Shown here: positions 1 to 8,901 of the stretch, in pieces
How positions within the stretch are numbered: position 1 is the first letter of the stretch
How the letters are laid out: the number at the start of each line of letters is the position of its first letter
IMG/VR virus record: IMGVR_UViG_2806310659_000001
Location: 1-64,000 of that record
Origin: a virus
Lineage: Duplodnaviria > Caudoviricetes
DNA: 64,000 nt
Direction: 5' to 3' (one strand)
Program-made: the position numbers and the translations under genes
Notes under the pieces: generated by a model
What the model was told of the DNA's origin: nothing
What the model saw: only the letters and a program-made list of their open reading frames with translations
Database searches by the model: none

Positions 1-116
1 GTTCCGGAAAATGCGGTTAGGGCATACCTAACAAATGCGCTGTTTTGCCTAGATAGAGGATTGCATTGCTGCGACAATGTACTGCATTTCCTGCACATTC
101 GATTGGAGATGATTGC

Positions 117-1058
117 ATGACGACGAGCCGCCCCACCCTCCTGTTCGTACTTGGCATGAACAGGTCCGGGACCTCGGCTCTTGCGCGGGTCCTGTCGCTG
201 TGCGGCGGGACACTTCCCGCCAAGCTGGTCGGCGCGATGCCAGACAATCCCCGCGGCCATTGGGAATCGCGGGAGGTGAACTACCTCAACGAGACACTCC
301 TGCGCCGCTACGGCAGCACCATGTTTGACCCGACGCTGCGCCTCCAGGAGGAGCTGACAGGCGAGGCGAGGGCCGACTGTATCGCCGAGGTCCGGAAGCT
401 CCTTTCCACCTTGCCGGCCGCGCCTGTGGTGGTGATCAAGGACCCGAGAATCACTGTTCTCTCAGATGCATGGTTCGGGGCGGCACTCCTGGCCGGCTTC
501 AACGTGGCCACCGTGATAGCGGTGCGCCACCCGCAGGAAGTTGTCGCCTCGGTCGTCGCCAGCGGTGGACTGTCCCCAGAGTTGTCGAGCGCCTTGTGGT
601 TGAAATTCAACCTGGTGGCCGAGCAGAAGACCCGCGGCATTCCCCGGGTGTTTGTCGACTACGCGAATCTGCTCAATGACTGGCGCCAGGAGGTCGGGCG
701 GATCTCCGCCGCGTTGTCCATTGATCTTCATGACCGCAACGGGGATGCCGTCGACGAGTTTCTCACCCGCGATCTTCACCGCCAACGCTCGACCGGCGCC
801 ATCATGGAGCCGTTCGGTACAGGGTGGGTTTCCAACACCTACAGCACTCTCAGTGCGGCAGCGTGCGACTACCCCTGGTCCGAGGCCGTACTAGACCGCG
901 TTTTCGACGCATACCGAACTAGCGAGTCGGGATTCCGGACGGTATTCGAGGACTTTCACCGCTTTCAAAAGCTCAACCGACTGGTCCGACCATCCCTGTT
1001 CAAGCTGTTCTTCGAGGTCGCCGCAATTACTCACCGGCGCCGCGGGACGTGGGCGTGA
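117..1058 (+). CDS. Sulfotransferase family protein
   Basis: 5'-PSB-like motif LFVLGMNRSGTSALARVL, plus IKDPR and VRHPQEVVAS (3'-PB-like). ATG at 117 follows GGAG. Confidence 0.8.
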   Translation: MTTSRPTLLFVLGMNRSGTSALARVLSLCGGTLPAKLVGAMPDNPRGHWESREVNYLNETLLRRYGSTMFDPTLRLQEELTGEARADCIAEVRKLLSTLPAAPVVVIKDPRITVLSDAWFGAALLAGFNVATVIAVRHPQEVVASVVASGGLSPELSSALWLKFNLVAEQKTRGIPRVFVDYANLLNDWRQEVGRISAALSIDLHDRNGDAVDEFLTRDLHRQRSTGAIMEPFGTGWVSNTYSTLSAAACDYPWSEAVLDRVFDAYRTSESGFRTVFEDFHRFQKLNRLVRPSLFKLFFEVAAITHRRRGTWA

Positions 1059-1375
1059 TGATGGACGAACTGGATGAACTCGAACTGCGGGTCGGCGAGA
1101 AGTGGGCCGCTGCCGCCGCGGCACGCATACCGCAGGACTTTGACCTGAGTCACTGGTCGGAAGTATTCGATCTGACCGACTTGCCGCCGGCGACGCCATT
1201 ACCACCCGACTGGCCGCAGTTCCCGCGCGAACAGTGGCTCCGCTACCCGGTCAAACGACAACTGACGCTCGTTCTGTGCGAGAACCTACTGGATCGCAAC
1301 GATGAATTGACCGATGAGCAGTGGATGTTGCTCTGCCTGATGATGCAGTACGGCGGTAAGGTGAGGATCGCATGA
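1058..1375 (+). CDS. Hypothetical protein
   Basis: Start overlaps the upstream stop codon; plausible composition. Confidence 0.55.
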   Translation: MMDELDELELRVGEKWAAAAAARIPQDFDLSHWSEVFDLTDLPPATPLPPDWPQFPREQWLRYPVKRQLTLVLCENLLDRNDELTDEQWMLLCLMMQYGGKVRIA

Positions 1376-1620
1376 CAGAACTGGGAATGACGCCGCACTT
1401 CACCATCCGAGTGTGGGGCAGCCTTGGTGCTGACCATGATCTGTTCCACGATTTACTCGGCGAACCGCGCGGACGTATGCCAGTGGCGGAGATCGAGGTC
1501 GACACCACTCAACCCTTCAACCTGACGATTGATTGTCACCGCGGCCTGGACTTCATTCCGCAGAAGATGCTCACCGCTGCTCCAGTACAACCAACTCTGT
1601 GGCACCAATGTGATGAGTAG
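1372..1620 (+). CDS. Hypothetical protein
   Basis: ATGA overlap with the upstream ORF. Confidence 0.45.
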   Translation: MTELGMTPHFTIRVWGSLGADHDLFHDLLGEPRGRMPVAEIEVDTTQPFNLTIDCHRGLDFIPQKMLTAAPVQPTLWHQCDE

Positions 1621-1623
1621 GCA

Positions 1624-1653
1624 TTGACAATGCACTGCATTGTCCGTCATGAT
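1624..1653 (+). promoter_or_regulatory. Sigma-A-like promoter for the lsr2 operon, overlapped by a 17-bp palindrome
   Basis: TTGACA (1624-1629), 18 nt, CATGAT. Palindrome ACAATGCA-c-TGCATTGT at 1627-1643. Confidence 0.6.
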
Positions 1654-1694
1654 TGCATCCGTTATTCCAATGACAACTCCGAGAGGAACACAGA

Positions 1695-2069
1695 GTGGCA
1701 ACAGAAGTAATTCACCGACTGGTCGATGACCTGGACGGCACTGCCGCGGAGGGGACGGTTGACTTCTCCTACAAGGGCACGGCCTACCAGATCGACCTGT
1801 CCACGGCGAACGACAAGAAGTTCGACAAGGCCATGGAGCAATGGATCTCCAAAGCCCGCAAGAAGGGCAGGGCGGCGACACGTCACCGCACCCGGGTCCG
1901 CTCCCCCCAGGCCAAGGCCGACAACGACGCCATCCGGGCGTGGGCCAAGAAGCAGGGACTACAAGTGTCCGACCGCGGCAAGATCCCGAAAGACGTGGTC
2001 GACAAATTCGAGACCGAGCACACCGACTCCGAGAAGGAGAAGTTGTTCTCCGAGGCCGGCGCGTCATGA
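1695..2069 (+). CDS. lsr2: Lsr2-like nucleoid-associated DNA-bridging protein
   Basis: N-terminal LVDDLDG...YQIDLS dimerisation motif; C-terminal IRAWAKKQGLQVSDRGKIP AT-hook-like motif. Confidence 0.93.
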   Translation: MATEVIHRLVDDLDGTAAEGTVDFSYKGTAYQIDLSTANDKKFDKAMEQWISKARKKGRAATRHRTRVRSPQAKADNDAIRAWAKKQGLQVSDRGKIPKDVVDKFETEHTDSEKEKLFSEAGAS

Positions 2070-2227
2070 TCGTCGCAACCGGACTGGAGGTGACCACCGA
2101 GGGCAACTTCGTGGTCATGAACATCCAGGGCGAGGGCGGTCCCTATTCGATCGGGGTTACGCCGGCGGCGGCCTATCAGTTGCAGGTGGCGTTGTCGATG
2201 AGGGCACGCGAGATCACCTCCCGCTGA
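2066..2227 (+). CDS. Small hypothetical protein
   Basis: ATGA coupling to lsr2. Confidence 0.5.
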   Translation: MIVATGLEVTTEGNFVVMNIQGEGGPYSIGVTPAAAYQLQVALSMRAREITSR

Positions 2228-2517
2228 TGTGGTTCCTCCTGCTGATCGTTTCCTGCGCCGCGGTGCTCTATTGGAAAGCGACCGTACTGGCCCTCAGCGT
2301 CTATCTGGCGTACAAACTCGCGCCGCTGGAGTGGAGGGCCTGGAAACGCAAAATGGCCGCCCAGCGCGAAGCTGAGCGGCAAAGAGTACGGCGATTGGAG
2401 CGCAATGCGGATCGAGAGCACTGGTGGGTGCAGCAGGGGAATGTGAAGGGCATTTACGGCGACTTCCCGCCACCGAGGGAATGCAGAGGATTGGGCATAT
2501 GGCTGACGGAGAAGTGA
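2227..2517 (+). CDS. Membrane protein
   Basis: Hydrophobic N-terminus MWFLLLIVSCAAVLYW; C-terminal RNADREH...GIYGDFPP as seen in mycobacteriophage small membrane proteins. Confidence 0.6.
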   Translation: MWFLLLIVSCAAVLYWKATVLALSVYLAYKLAPLEWRAWKRKMAAQREAERQRVRRLERNADREHWWVQQGNVKGIYGDFPPPRECRGLGIWLTEK

Positions 2518-2783
2518 CGGAGAGGCTGGGGCTTCAATGCCCCTACCCCCGGTGCTGGTTCGCGGTCAGTTCCGATCCAGTACGTGCGCACCAGGCGCTG
2601 CTTGGTCACCTAATGAGGGGTGACCGCAGACATGCGATCGACTACGACGGCGACGCAAAAGGGGTCGGACCGCAACTTAATGAAATCGTCCGACTCCTAT
2701 CCCCGTATCTCGACCGGTGGGGCCACAGTGAGGTGGGCGACCTAGCGCGCGACATCTACCGCGTCATTAACGGCGACAACTGA
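2514..2783 (+). CDS. Hypothetical protein (C-x4-C/H motif)
   Basis: GTGA coupling; CPYPRC...HLMRGDRRH. Confidence 0.5.
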   Translation: MTERLGLQCPYPRCWFAVSSDPVRAHQALLGHLMRGDRRHAIDYDGDAKGVGPQLNEIVRLLSPYLDRWGHSEVGDLARDIYRVINGDN

Positions 2784-2858
2784 ATAACCACTTCAAGACC
2801 CGAGGGGCCGGATTGGACCCCAGACCCCTCGGGCTGCCCCACGGAAAGGAGCACCATC

Positions 2859-3263
2859 ATGATACGTGCCGTGCTAGCGCTGCTGGCCTTCATGGTCGCC
2901 GGCGTGTTCGAGGCCCCCATCGTCGAGGCCGGCCCCCAGGTCAGCGATCGGCAGTTCTGCCAGGCCGTCGAACAAGAGATGGACAGGCATCAGGAGACCG
3001 CCGGCATCCGGGTCAGTGATTGCACGCTGGTCTCCGACGCCGGCAAGGGCTCGTGCAACTACCTGGCCAGTTCGCAGGACTTCATCAAGACAGTCGAGGG
3101 GTTGATGCAGACCTGGAACTGGACCAAGACCATCGCGGCCATCGTGGCGGTCGACGCGGTGGGGGTGTACTGCCCGGAGAACGGGCGCTACCTCCCCCAA
3201 AGCAAACAAGCCCCGCCGCCTCCCTCGGGGAACGTAGGGATGACGACGGGGCTTGTGGTCTGA
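2859..3263 (+). CDS. Secreted DUF732-like protein
   Basis: Signal peptide; D-x-x-F...GKGSC...AVGVYCPE pattern; RBS AAGGAG. Confidence 0.7.
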   Translation: MIRAVLALLAFMVAGVFEAPIVEAGPQVSDRQFCQAVEQEMDRHQETAGIRVSDCTLVSDAGKGSCNYLASSQDFIKTVEGLMQTWNWTKTIAAIVAVDAVGVYCPENGRYLPQSKQAPPPPSGNVGMTTGLVV

Positions 3264-4292
3264 TGGGCCACGCACGGGAGGCGCTGGCGCTCGCGCTGGC
3301 CGGGGTGTGGCATGTCGTGACCGGTCCGCTGCGCCGCTACGGCGCCGATCGCCCATACACGTGGGACGGCGATCCGAAACCGGCGAGATCGGGCCAGCGT
3401 GTTTTGGCGTACAGCAGGACGGTCACTCTAATGCAATGTATGTTTTGACCAATACGCACGGAAACCGCTGGTACCTGACGTGGAACGGCACTGTATTGGA
3501 TGCTTGCGTGGCACCCAACCAGGCCGTCGCGGCACTGATGTTCGCGCCATACCTGCCCGGGAGGGGGCGGTGGGAGGCGGTCAGTGCGGTGCAGTACCGG
3601 TACCGGACATGACGACACAGTAAGGAGTTATCGGTGGAATTCGGACACATTCCCTGCGGGTGCGGGTGTGGTCGCCGCGCGGATGAACACTTGTGCCCGT
3701 GCGGTTGTGGTCACAACTACGACGACGCCGTACGCAACATTATGGGTGGCGTGATGGCGCTCAACTGGTACCAGGCCAGCAGCATCATTGACGAACGTGC
3801 CCATGTCCCGTGCAAATGGTCATAGCGCCTAGTTATCGGCAGAGGAGACACATGGTAGAGACGCTGAAAGAGCGAACCTGGCGGGAGCGCCAGGAAGCTA
3901 AGGCTATCGCGGAGGCGGCACTACGCGACCTCACAGTGGCTCAAGAGGCGGTCCGAGAGGCGCGCCAGCGGTACTGGGACGCCCTGGACGCACAACGGCG
4001 CGCAGTGCAGGCCAACGTGGACGCCTGGCACCCACCCACGACGTAAGAACCCGTTATCAGACAAGGAGTTATCGGTGAATGATCACATGTGGATGTTTCT
4101 CATGCTGCTACCGCTGGTTGGCGTGCCATTCATGCTCACAGTGAAATGAAACGGCTTCTCTGGCGCTACGGCTGGTTCCGCCGCCTGATGACGCCGACCT
4201 ACCAGTGCCCCGAATGCCGCCGCTCATATCACTTCTGCGACTGCTTCGGTGGCCGCGAGATGCCCTGACTTCAGACGAAGGGATTATCAGAC

Positions 4293-4580
4293 ATGGACGC
4301 ACCACAGCGTTACCAGAAGCAGCCCGTCGTGGTCGAGGCGATCCAATGGACCGGAGAGAATAACCCCGCCGTGATCGAGTTCTGCGGGACCAAGACCGAT
4401 GACGAGGGCAACGAGTACCTGCGGTTTGTGCCGCTGGCCTACCCCGAGCCGAAGCTGTGGGTGGACGCCAACGCCTGCTGGGTGCCAATCACGCCGGGCG
4501 AGTGGATCATCCGCGACAAGCTGGGCTTCTACCCATGCAACCCGTTCGTTTTCGCCGAAACCTACCAAGCGGCGAGCTGA
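4293..4580 (+). CDS. Conserved phage protein (K-P-V-V-V-E-A-I-Q-W family)
   Basis: YQKQPVVVEAIQWTGEN...GEWII...FYPC...F.ETY, a widespread phage family of unknown function. Confidence 0.75.
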   Translation: MDAPQRYQKQPVVVEAIQWTGENNPAVIEFCGTKTDDEGNEYLRFVPLAYPEPKLWVDANACWVPITPGEWIIRDKLGFYPCNPFVFAETYQAAS

Positions 4581-4621
4581 CTTCAGGCCCACTTATCAGA
4601 CACTCAGTTGACAGGAACACC

Positions 4622-5110
4622 ATGAGCACCTTGGAACGCATCGTCACCGTTCGGCCCGCCTACGACTGCATCGGGGTCCGGCCCTGCGTCCACGGCTCGG
4701 AGAACTGCAAGCCGGGGACGGGTGGGTCGCACGGCCGGCACAACGCTGAGATGCACATGACGGTGCGTGGCCCCGACGCCGAGGTCACGCTGGTGATTTC
4801 GACCGGCTGGGATCTGCCCACCGTGCCCGCGCATCACCGCCTTGCACGGAATGGTGAATACCCGCGTGGGGCGTTCGTGGAGTTTCACACCGCGCGGCCC
4901 TGCTACGAAGATCAGGACCGCCGTGAACCCCAACCAGGGGATACCTGCTACGGGTGGCCGGGATGCTACGTCAACAGCGGATACACGATGGCCGACGAGC
5001 CAACCCGACTTCTCGTGGAGAGGGGATCGGATGCGGTCTGGGCGTGGCTGGAAAACCAGTATGCCGAGGCCCAGATGGACGTGGCCAAGGTCAACGCCAG
5101 CTTGACATGA
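4622..5110 (+). CDS. Hypothetical protein
   Basis: ATG after AGGAA RBS; 162 aa. Confidence 0.65.
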   Translation: MSTLERIVTVRPAYDCIGVRPCVHGSENCKPGTGGSHGRHNAEMHMTVRGPDAEVTLVISTGWDLPTVPAHHRLARNGEYPRGAFVEFHTARPCYEDQDRREPQPGDTCYGWPGCYVNSGYTMADEPTRLLVERGSDAVWAWLENQYAEAQMDVAKVNASLT

Positions 5111-5491
5111 TCGGACCCTTATCGGTGGGAAGGATTATCACCATGTACGAGCACTTCGGCTGCTGCGACGGCTGCGGGCAGATTTCTATCACCTGCCTGA
5201 TGGTCGAAGTCGCCTCCTGTGTGCGGCGCCGACTCTGCGCTCAGTGCCGACAGTTCGGACCCCCGCGATGACTGAGCCGTTGGGTTTCGTGGTCCTCGCC
5301 CGCAGACCCGGCCAAGCAGACGAACCGGTGAGTGACGTGTTTACCGGGGACAAAGCCTTGGAGCGGGCACAGAACGCGCAGAAATATGGCGCCGGGCGTT
5401 GGGCGCAACCGACACTGGACAATGACCCGGTGAAATATGTCATCGGGCAGATCTTCGCTTACCCCATAGGGTCGGCGTGAATCTTCGGTAA

Positions 5492-5749
5492 CTACGCCGC
5501 CTCGTCGAGCAGCTCGGCCAGGCGGCTAATGTGGTCGTAGCGGAATCCGCTCCAGGACCAGCCGGCGCCATCGCCGAGGTCCACCACCACCACCGGGTAG
5601 GCCAGATGGCCCTCCGACTGGAAACGGGCGACTGTCTCCACGTCGGCGACCACAGTGTCGAACGGGATCTTCTTCTGGCTGAGTCGCAACTTGGTGGAGT
5701 TGCAGTACGTGCAGGGTTCGTCAGGAACGTAGACAGTGACTACTGCCAA
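5492..5749 (-). CDS. NrdH-like glutaredoxin
   Basis: CTYC redox motif, YPVVVV and WSGFR motifs. Confidence 0.85.
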   Translation of the reverse strand: MAVVTVYVPDEPCTYCNSTKLRLSQKKIPFDTVVADVETVARFQSEGHLAYPVVVVDLGDGAGWSWSGFRYDHISRLAELLDEAA

Positions 5750-6159
5750 ATCTTGATGTCCTCGTTTTCGAGTTGGTGATCACGCATCCACTTGTCGCGG
5801 AACTCCAGGAAAGTGACGTGGCGCTCCAGGACGAGCCCATGCTCGCGGGCCAGGAGTTCGTTACGCACATGCCAGTCGTGGTCCATGAGCGTGTAGGCGA
5901 AGTAGCACTCGTCGCGGTAGCGCAGGGCGCGTACCTGTGAGTCGAGGTATTCCACCCGCCGGCGCAAGTCGGTACTCTCTGCCTGGGAGATCGTCCTACG
6001 AGCCCGCCAGATTTTTCCCAGCGGGCCGAGGGCGTCGGCCACGGCGTCGAACGTCAAGGCCAGGGTCCGCACCACGTAGTAGATGCCGATCAGAACGGCG
6101 ATGGTCAGGGTCAGGGTGGGCCAGTGCTCAGTGAGTAGGCGAGCCCACTCTCCCGTCAT
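5740..6159 (-). CDS. Lysis-cassette single-TM membrane protein
   Basis: N-terminal TM segment then coiled-coil; follows the holin. Confidence 0.7.
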   Translation of the reverse strand: MTGEWARLLTEHWPTLTLTIAVLIGIYYVVRTLALTFDAVADALGPLGKIWRARRTISQAESTDLRRRVEYLDSQVRALRYRDECYFAYTLMDHDWHVRNELLAREHGLVLERHVTFLEFRDKWMRDHQLENEDIKIWQ

Positions 6160-6407
6160 GATGCGTTGGGGGTCCAGTAGGTGACGATCCCTGTGGCGAC
6201 CACCGACACGACGGACACGATGCCCTCAACCTGCGGGGGCAGGGGCAGCTTGTCCAGGGCGGCGAGTACACCAAGGCTGGCGCCGGCAACGGCGACGATC
6301 GCCTTGCGGGCAGAGCGGATGGTGTTGGCGACCGGCGCCGGCAGGAAGCCTACCGCGGCGTCCAGCACCTTCGGCCCGAACTTCAGGGCCTCAGTGAGAA
6401 AACTCAT
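6156..6407 (-). CDS. Holin
   Basis: 83 aa, two hydrophobic segments, RKAIVA...VTYWTPN ending typical of actinophage holins. Confidence 0.75.
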   Translation of the reverse strand: MSFLTEALKFGPKVLDAAVGFLPAPVANTIRSARKAIVAVAGASLGVLAALDKLPLPPQVEGIVSVVSVVATGIVTYWTPNAS

Positions 6408-6832
6408 TCCTCTGTCTTTTCCTCTTCTTGAGTTTCGGATGTGGCGTCGACGGGGGGCTCGGCCGGCGACTCATTGCGCGGCTTGCGACCCCGAGCGGGG
6501 CGCTCCTCGTCCTTGCTGTGGCCGGGTAGGATCTTGGTCACCTCATCGACGATCGCCATGGCGTGAGCCGGCTCGCCGTGCACGTAGGACCGCGCCGCGG
6601 GATGCGGGGTGCCCACTGCCCGGCGGAATGCGTCCACCGTGCGGTAGGACTCGCCGTTGGCGACAACCTTGACGACAATGCGGCGGATCTTGCCGCGGTC
6701 GGCGGCGTGCTTGGCCCAGGCATAGTTGCGGGAGAACTTCCGGTCCTTCCGGCCCCCCACATTGGAGACGAGGGTGACTACGTCACCGTCAAAGTCGTCT
6801 CCGACATAATCGGTATCTTCGCTAAACTCCAT
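6404..6832 (-). CDS. Truncated, diverged paralog of the lysin A GH25-like domain
   Basis: SNVGGRKDRKFSRNYAWAKHAADRG aligns by eye with SNDGDYRDQKFAQNYAWCVKACDEG of lysin A. Confidence 0.6.
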   Translation of the reverse strand: MEFSEDTDYVGDDFDGDVVTLVSNVGGRKDRKFSRNYAWAKHAADRGKIRRIVVKVVANGESYRTVDAFRRAVGTPHPAARSYVHGEPAHAMAIVDEVTKILPGHSKDEERPARGRKPRNESPAEPPVDATSETQEEEKTEE

Positions 6833-6845
6833 AATTCTCTCTAGG

Positions 6846-7685
6846 TCAGGCGGCCATGCCGTTCAGGTCGGTAATGAGCGCCGGCTTGTCGAATCCTTCC
6901 GGCGACTTTCCGTCCTTCAGGAACTCCGGACTGAAAATGGCGTAGGCCTCGTCGCAGAACTTTGCCAGGAACTTGGGCGTGATCAACTGAAGCCTCCCCC
7001 AGGTGACGCACACCAGATATCCATTGATGCGACCGATGATCGGCACATAGTGGCCACCAACATTCGGGCTCCAGCCGCGCGGGACATCCCACGGTTGGCC
7101 GGCCTTGAATTGGTTCATCGCCGACATCGGCATTTGAATGCCGACACCCACCGCGGAGAACAACCATGCCGCTTGGGCGATGGCGTCCGGATTGGGGTTG
7201 ATGCGGGCGTATGCCTCGATCTTGTGCAGCGTTCCCTTGGCGTCGGCGATGCCGTACTTCTTGCGGAAGTCCAGCGCCTTGATGACGTTGGTTCCCCGGT
7301 CGGTCGGATTGGGGTCCGGAAGGAACGGGTTGAAGTGGGTACAACTGGCGTACGCGGCGATCACGTTGGCGTCGCTGAAGGTGACGGGCTGGCCGGCCTC
7401 GGCGGTCCAGAGCAGGTGCTCGTGGGCGGCGCCGGCGAACACGCAGTCGCCGTACTTGTCGTTGGCGAGCATCCCCCAGAAGGGGACCGTGTTGTGGTGG
7501 CCGAACTCTGCTGGCGGCGGCGGAACGTTGGCAACGTAGTCGCACAGGCGCAGGGCGGCAGCTTCAGGAGTGGCGGTCAGTTTGCCGAGCTTCAACTCCG
7601 TATCGCCTATCGGCGGGAGTGAGCCGGCAATGCCGGCTGCCGCTCCGATCGCTGCTGCATATCGGAACAGGTCTCGTCGTTTCAA
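6846..7685 (-). CDS. Tat-exported papain-like cysteine protease
   Basis: KRRDLF twin-arginine signal plus hydrophobic stretch; NDKYGDCVFA (Cys), GGHYV (His), VTWG. Confidence 0.75.
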   Translation of the reverse strand: MKRRDLFRYAAAIGAAAGIAGSLPPIGDTELKLGKLTATPEAAALRLCDYVANVPPPPAEFGHHNTVPFWGMLANDKYGDCVFAGAAHEHLLWTAEAGQPVTFSDANVIAAYASCTHFNPFLPDPNPTDRGTNVIKALDFRKKYGIADAKGTLHKIEAYARINPNPDAIAQAAWLFSAVGVGIQMPMSAMNQFKAGQPWDVPRGWSPNVGGHYVPIIGRINGYLVCVTWGRLQLITPKFLAKFCDEAYAIFSPEFLKDGKSPEGFDKPALITDLNGMAA

Positions 7686-8561
7686 CTAGACCTGCGCCAG
7701 AATCCATTCGACCATCGCGGGCACGAATGGGCCGTAGAGCCAGTGAGGCGCCTGGACACCCTGTGCGGCGAAGGTGAGACCATTCACGATGGCCTGCACC
7801 AATGCGACGGTGTTGGCGAGCGGGTGCTCAAACTCCTGAGCGATACCCTTGGCGATGGCCATGATGCCGGTCGAGAGTTTGCCGCTCTGGATGAAGTCGT
7901 AGATCCTGGTCTCGATCTGGCCGACCAGTGGCTCGTTGTGCCAGGGGTCATCCCCGACCGGCGCCGCGGCGTACAGGTCGCCGTCCAATGCGCAACTCAA
8001 TAACCAGTCGGGCGTTTGATCCGGCTTGAGGCAACCCGGGCCGGCGATACCACCGGTGGTGTAGCCATCCAGCTTCTTCGGCATGGGGAGGCCGGCGACC
8101 TTGTTCCCATTGGCGATGCCCGGAGACCTCTTCGGGTCACCGAAATTGACGACGCCCTTCAGATCTGACAGGCGGTCATTCAGCGGACCCTTCGGGTCGA
8201 AGTAGCACTCGACAAGGCAGATGCCGGTTGCGATAGCGCCCTGTGAATAGCCCGAGAGGACGTGCTTCGTGCCCTTGGGACGAGCGAGCACCTGGGCAAC
8301 GATGCCGCCGGTGTCGTCCGAACTGTAGGTACCCGGCTTGCGGTAGACCGCGCCGCGGGCGCTCTTGTCCATACCCATCACCGCGGCGTCGTAGCCGATC
8401 GGTTGCCAGTCGAAGACGTTCGCGAGTTCTGGACCCCAGAAGGAGGCCATCACGTTGTTCCACGGGTCGGTCAGTGCACGGCCAATATCACCGGAGAAGC
8501 CCGGGCCATAAGGGTCCGGGACTCCGGTGCCATTGACGCTGATAAACAGCGGCCGGCTCAT
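7686..8561 (-). CDS. lysB: Lysin B (cutinase-like mycolylarabinogalactan esterase)
   Basis: GYSQG nucleophile motif, FGDP, GDLYA, late His; lies in the lysis cassette. Confidence 0.85.
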   Translation of the reverse strand: MSRPLFISVNGTGVPDPYGPGFSGDIGRALTDPWNNVMASFWGPELANVFDWQPIGYDAAVMGMDKSARGAVYRKPGTYSSDDTGGIVAQVLARPKGTKHVLSGYSQGAIATGICLVECYFDPKGPLNDRLSDLKGVVNFGDPKRSPGIANGNKVAGLPMPKKLDGYTTGGIAGPGCLKPDQTPDWLLSCALDGDLYAAAPVGDDPWHNEPLVGQIETRIYDFIQSGKLSTGIMAIAKGIAQEFEHPLANTVALVQAIVNGLTFAAQGVQAPHWLYGPFVPAMVEWILAQV

Positions 8562-8887
8562 GCGAGGTCCGAAATGTCTACCTTCTGGGCCGCCGCAATG
8601 CGACGCAGGATGGCGTTGTTCTGGTCGGTCTGGTAGGCGATGCGGACGATCCAGTCATAGAGGCCGCGCTTGATCGTCTTGCCATCCGGCTTGCCCTCGG
8701 ACATGGCGCGGAAGCGCAACAGGTCGTGGACAAGGGTGCGGACCCAGCCACGCAAGTCCCAGGCCTTCCACGGAGTAAATCCGTTGTCAGCCTGAGTGGC
8801 GCCTTCGTACACGATGATCGTGTCGGCGGGATTCGCCGGGCTGCCGGGGCCGCCCAGCAGGTTGTTGATGTCGTTGGCGTCAGCCAT
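8558..8887 (-). CDS. Hypothetical protein between lysA and lysB
   Basis: 109-aa ORF coupled to lysB. Confidence 0.65.
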   Translation of the reverse strand: MADANDINNLLGGPGSPANPADTIIVYEGATQADNGFTPWKAWDLRGWVRTLVHDLLRFRAMSEGKPDGKTIKRGLYDWIVRIAYQTDQNNAILRRIAAAQKVDISDLA

Positions 8888-8901
8888 GTAGTGCTTTGCT
8901 C

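Larger units (their letters stand above)
3263..5480 (+). other. Array of small hypothetical ORFs (3263-3448, 3436-3612, 3634-3825 Cys-rich, 3852-4046 coiled-coil, 4146-4268 Cys-rich, 5143-5271 Cys-rich, 5268-5480)
   Basis: Tightly packed, RBS-preceded short ORFs on one strand; no recognisable domains. Confidence 0.55.

Noticed and set aside
3622-5141. CRISPR-like array
   Set aside because: Repeats are only 7-15 bp, spacing is irregular, intervening sequences are ORFs, and no cas genes are present.
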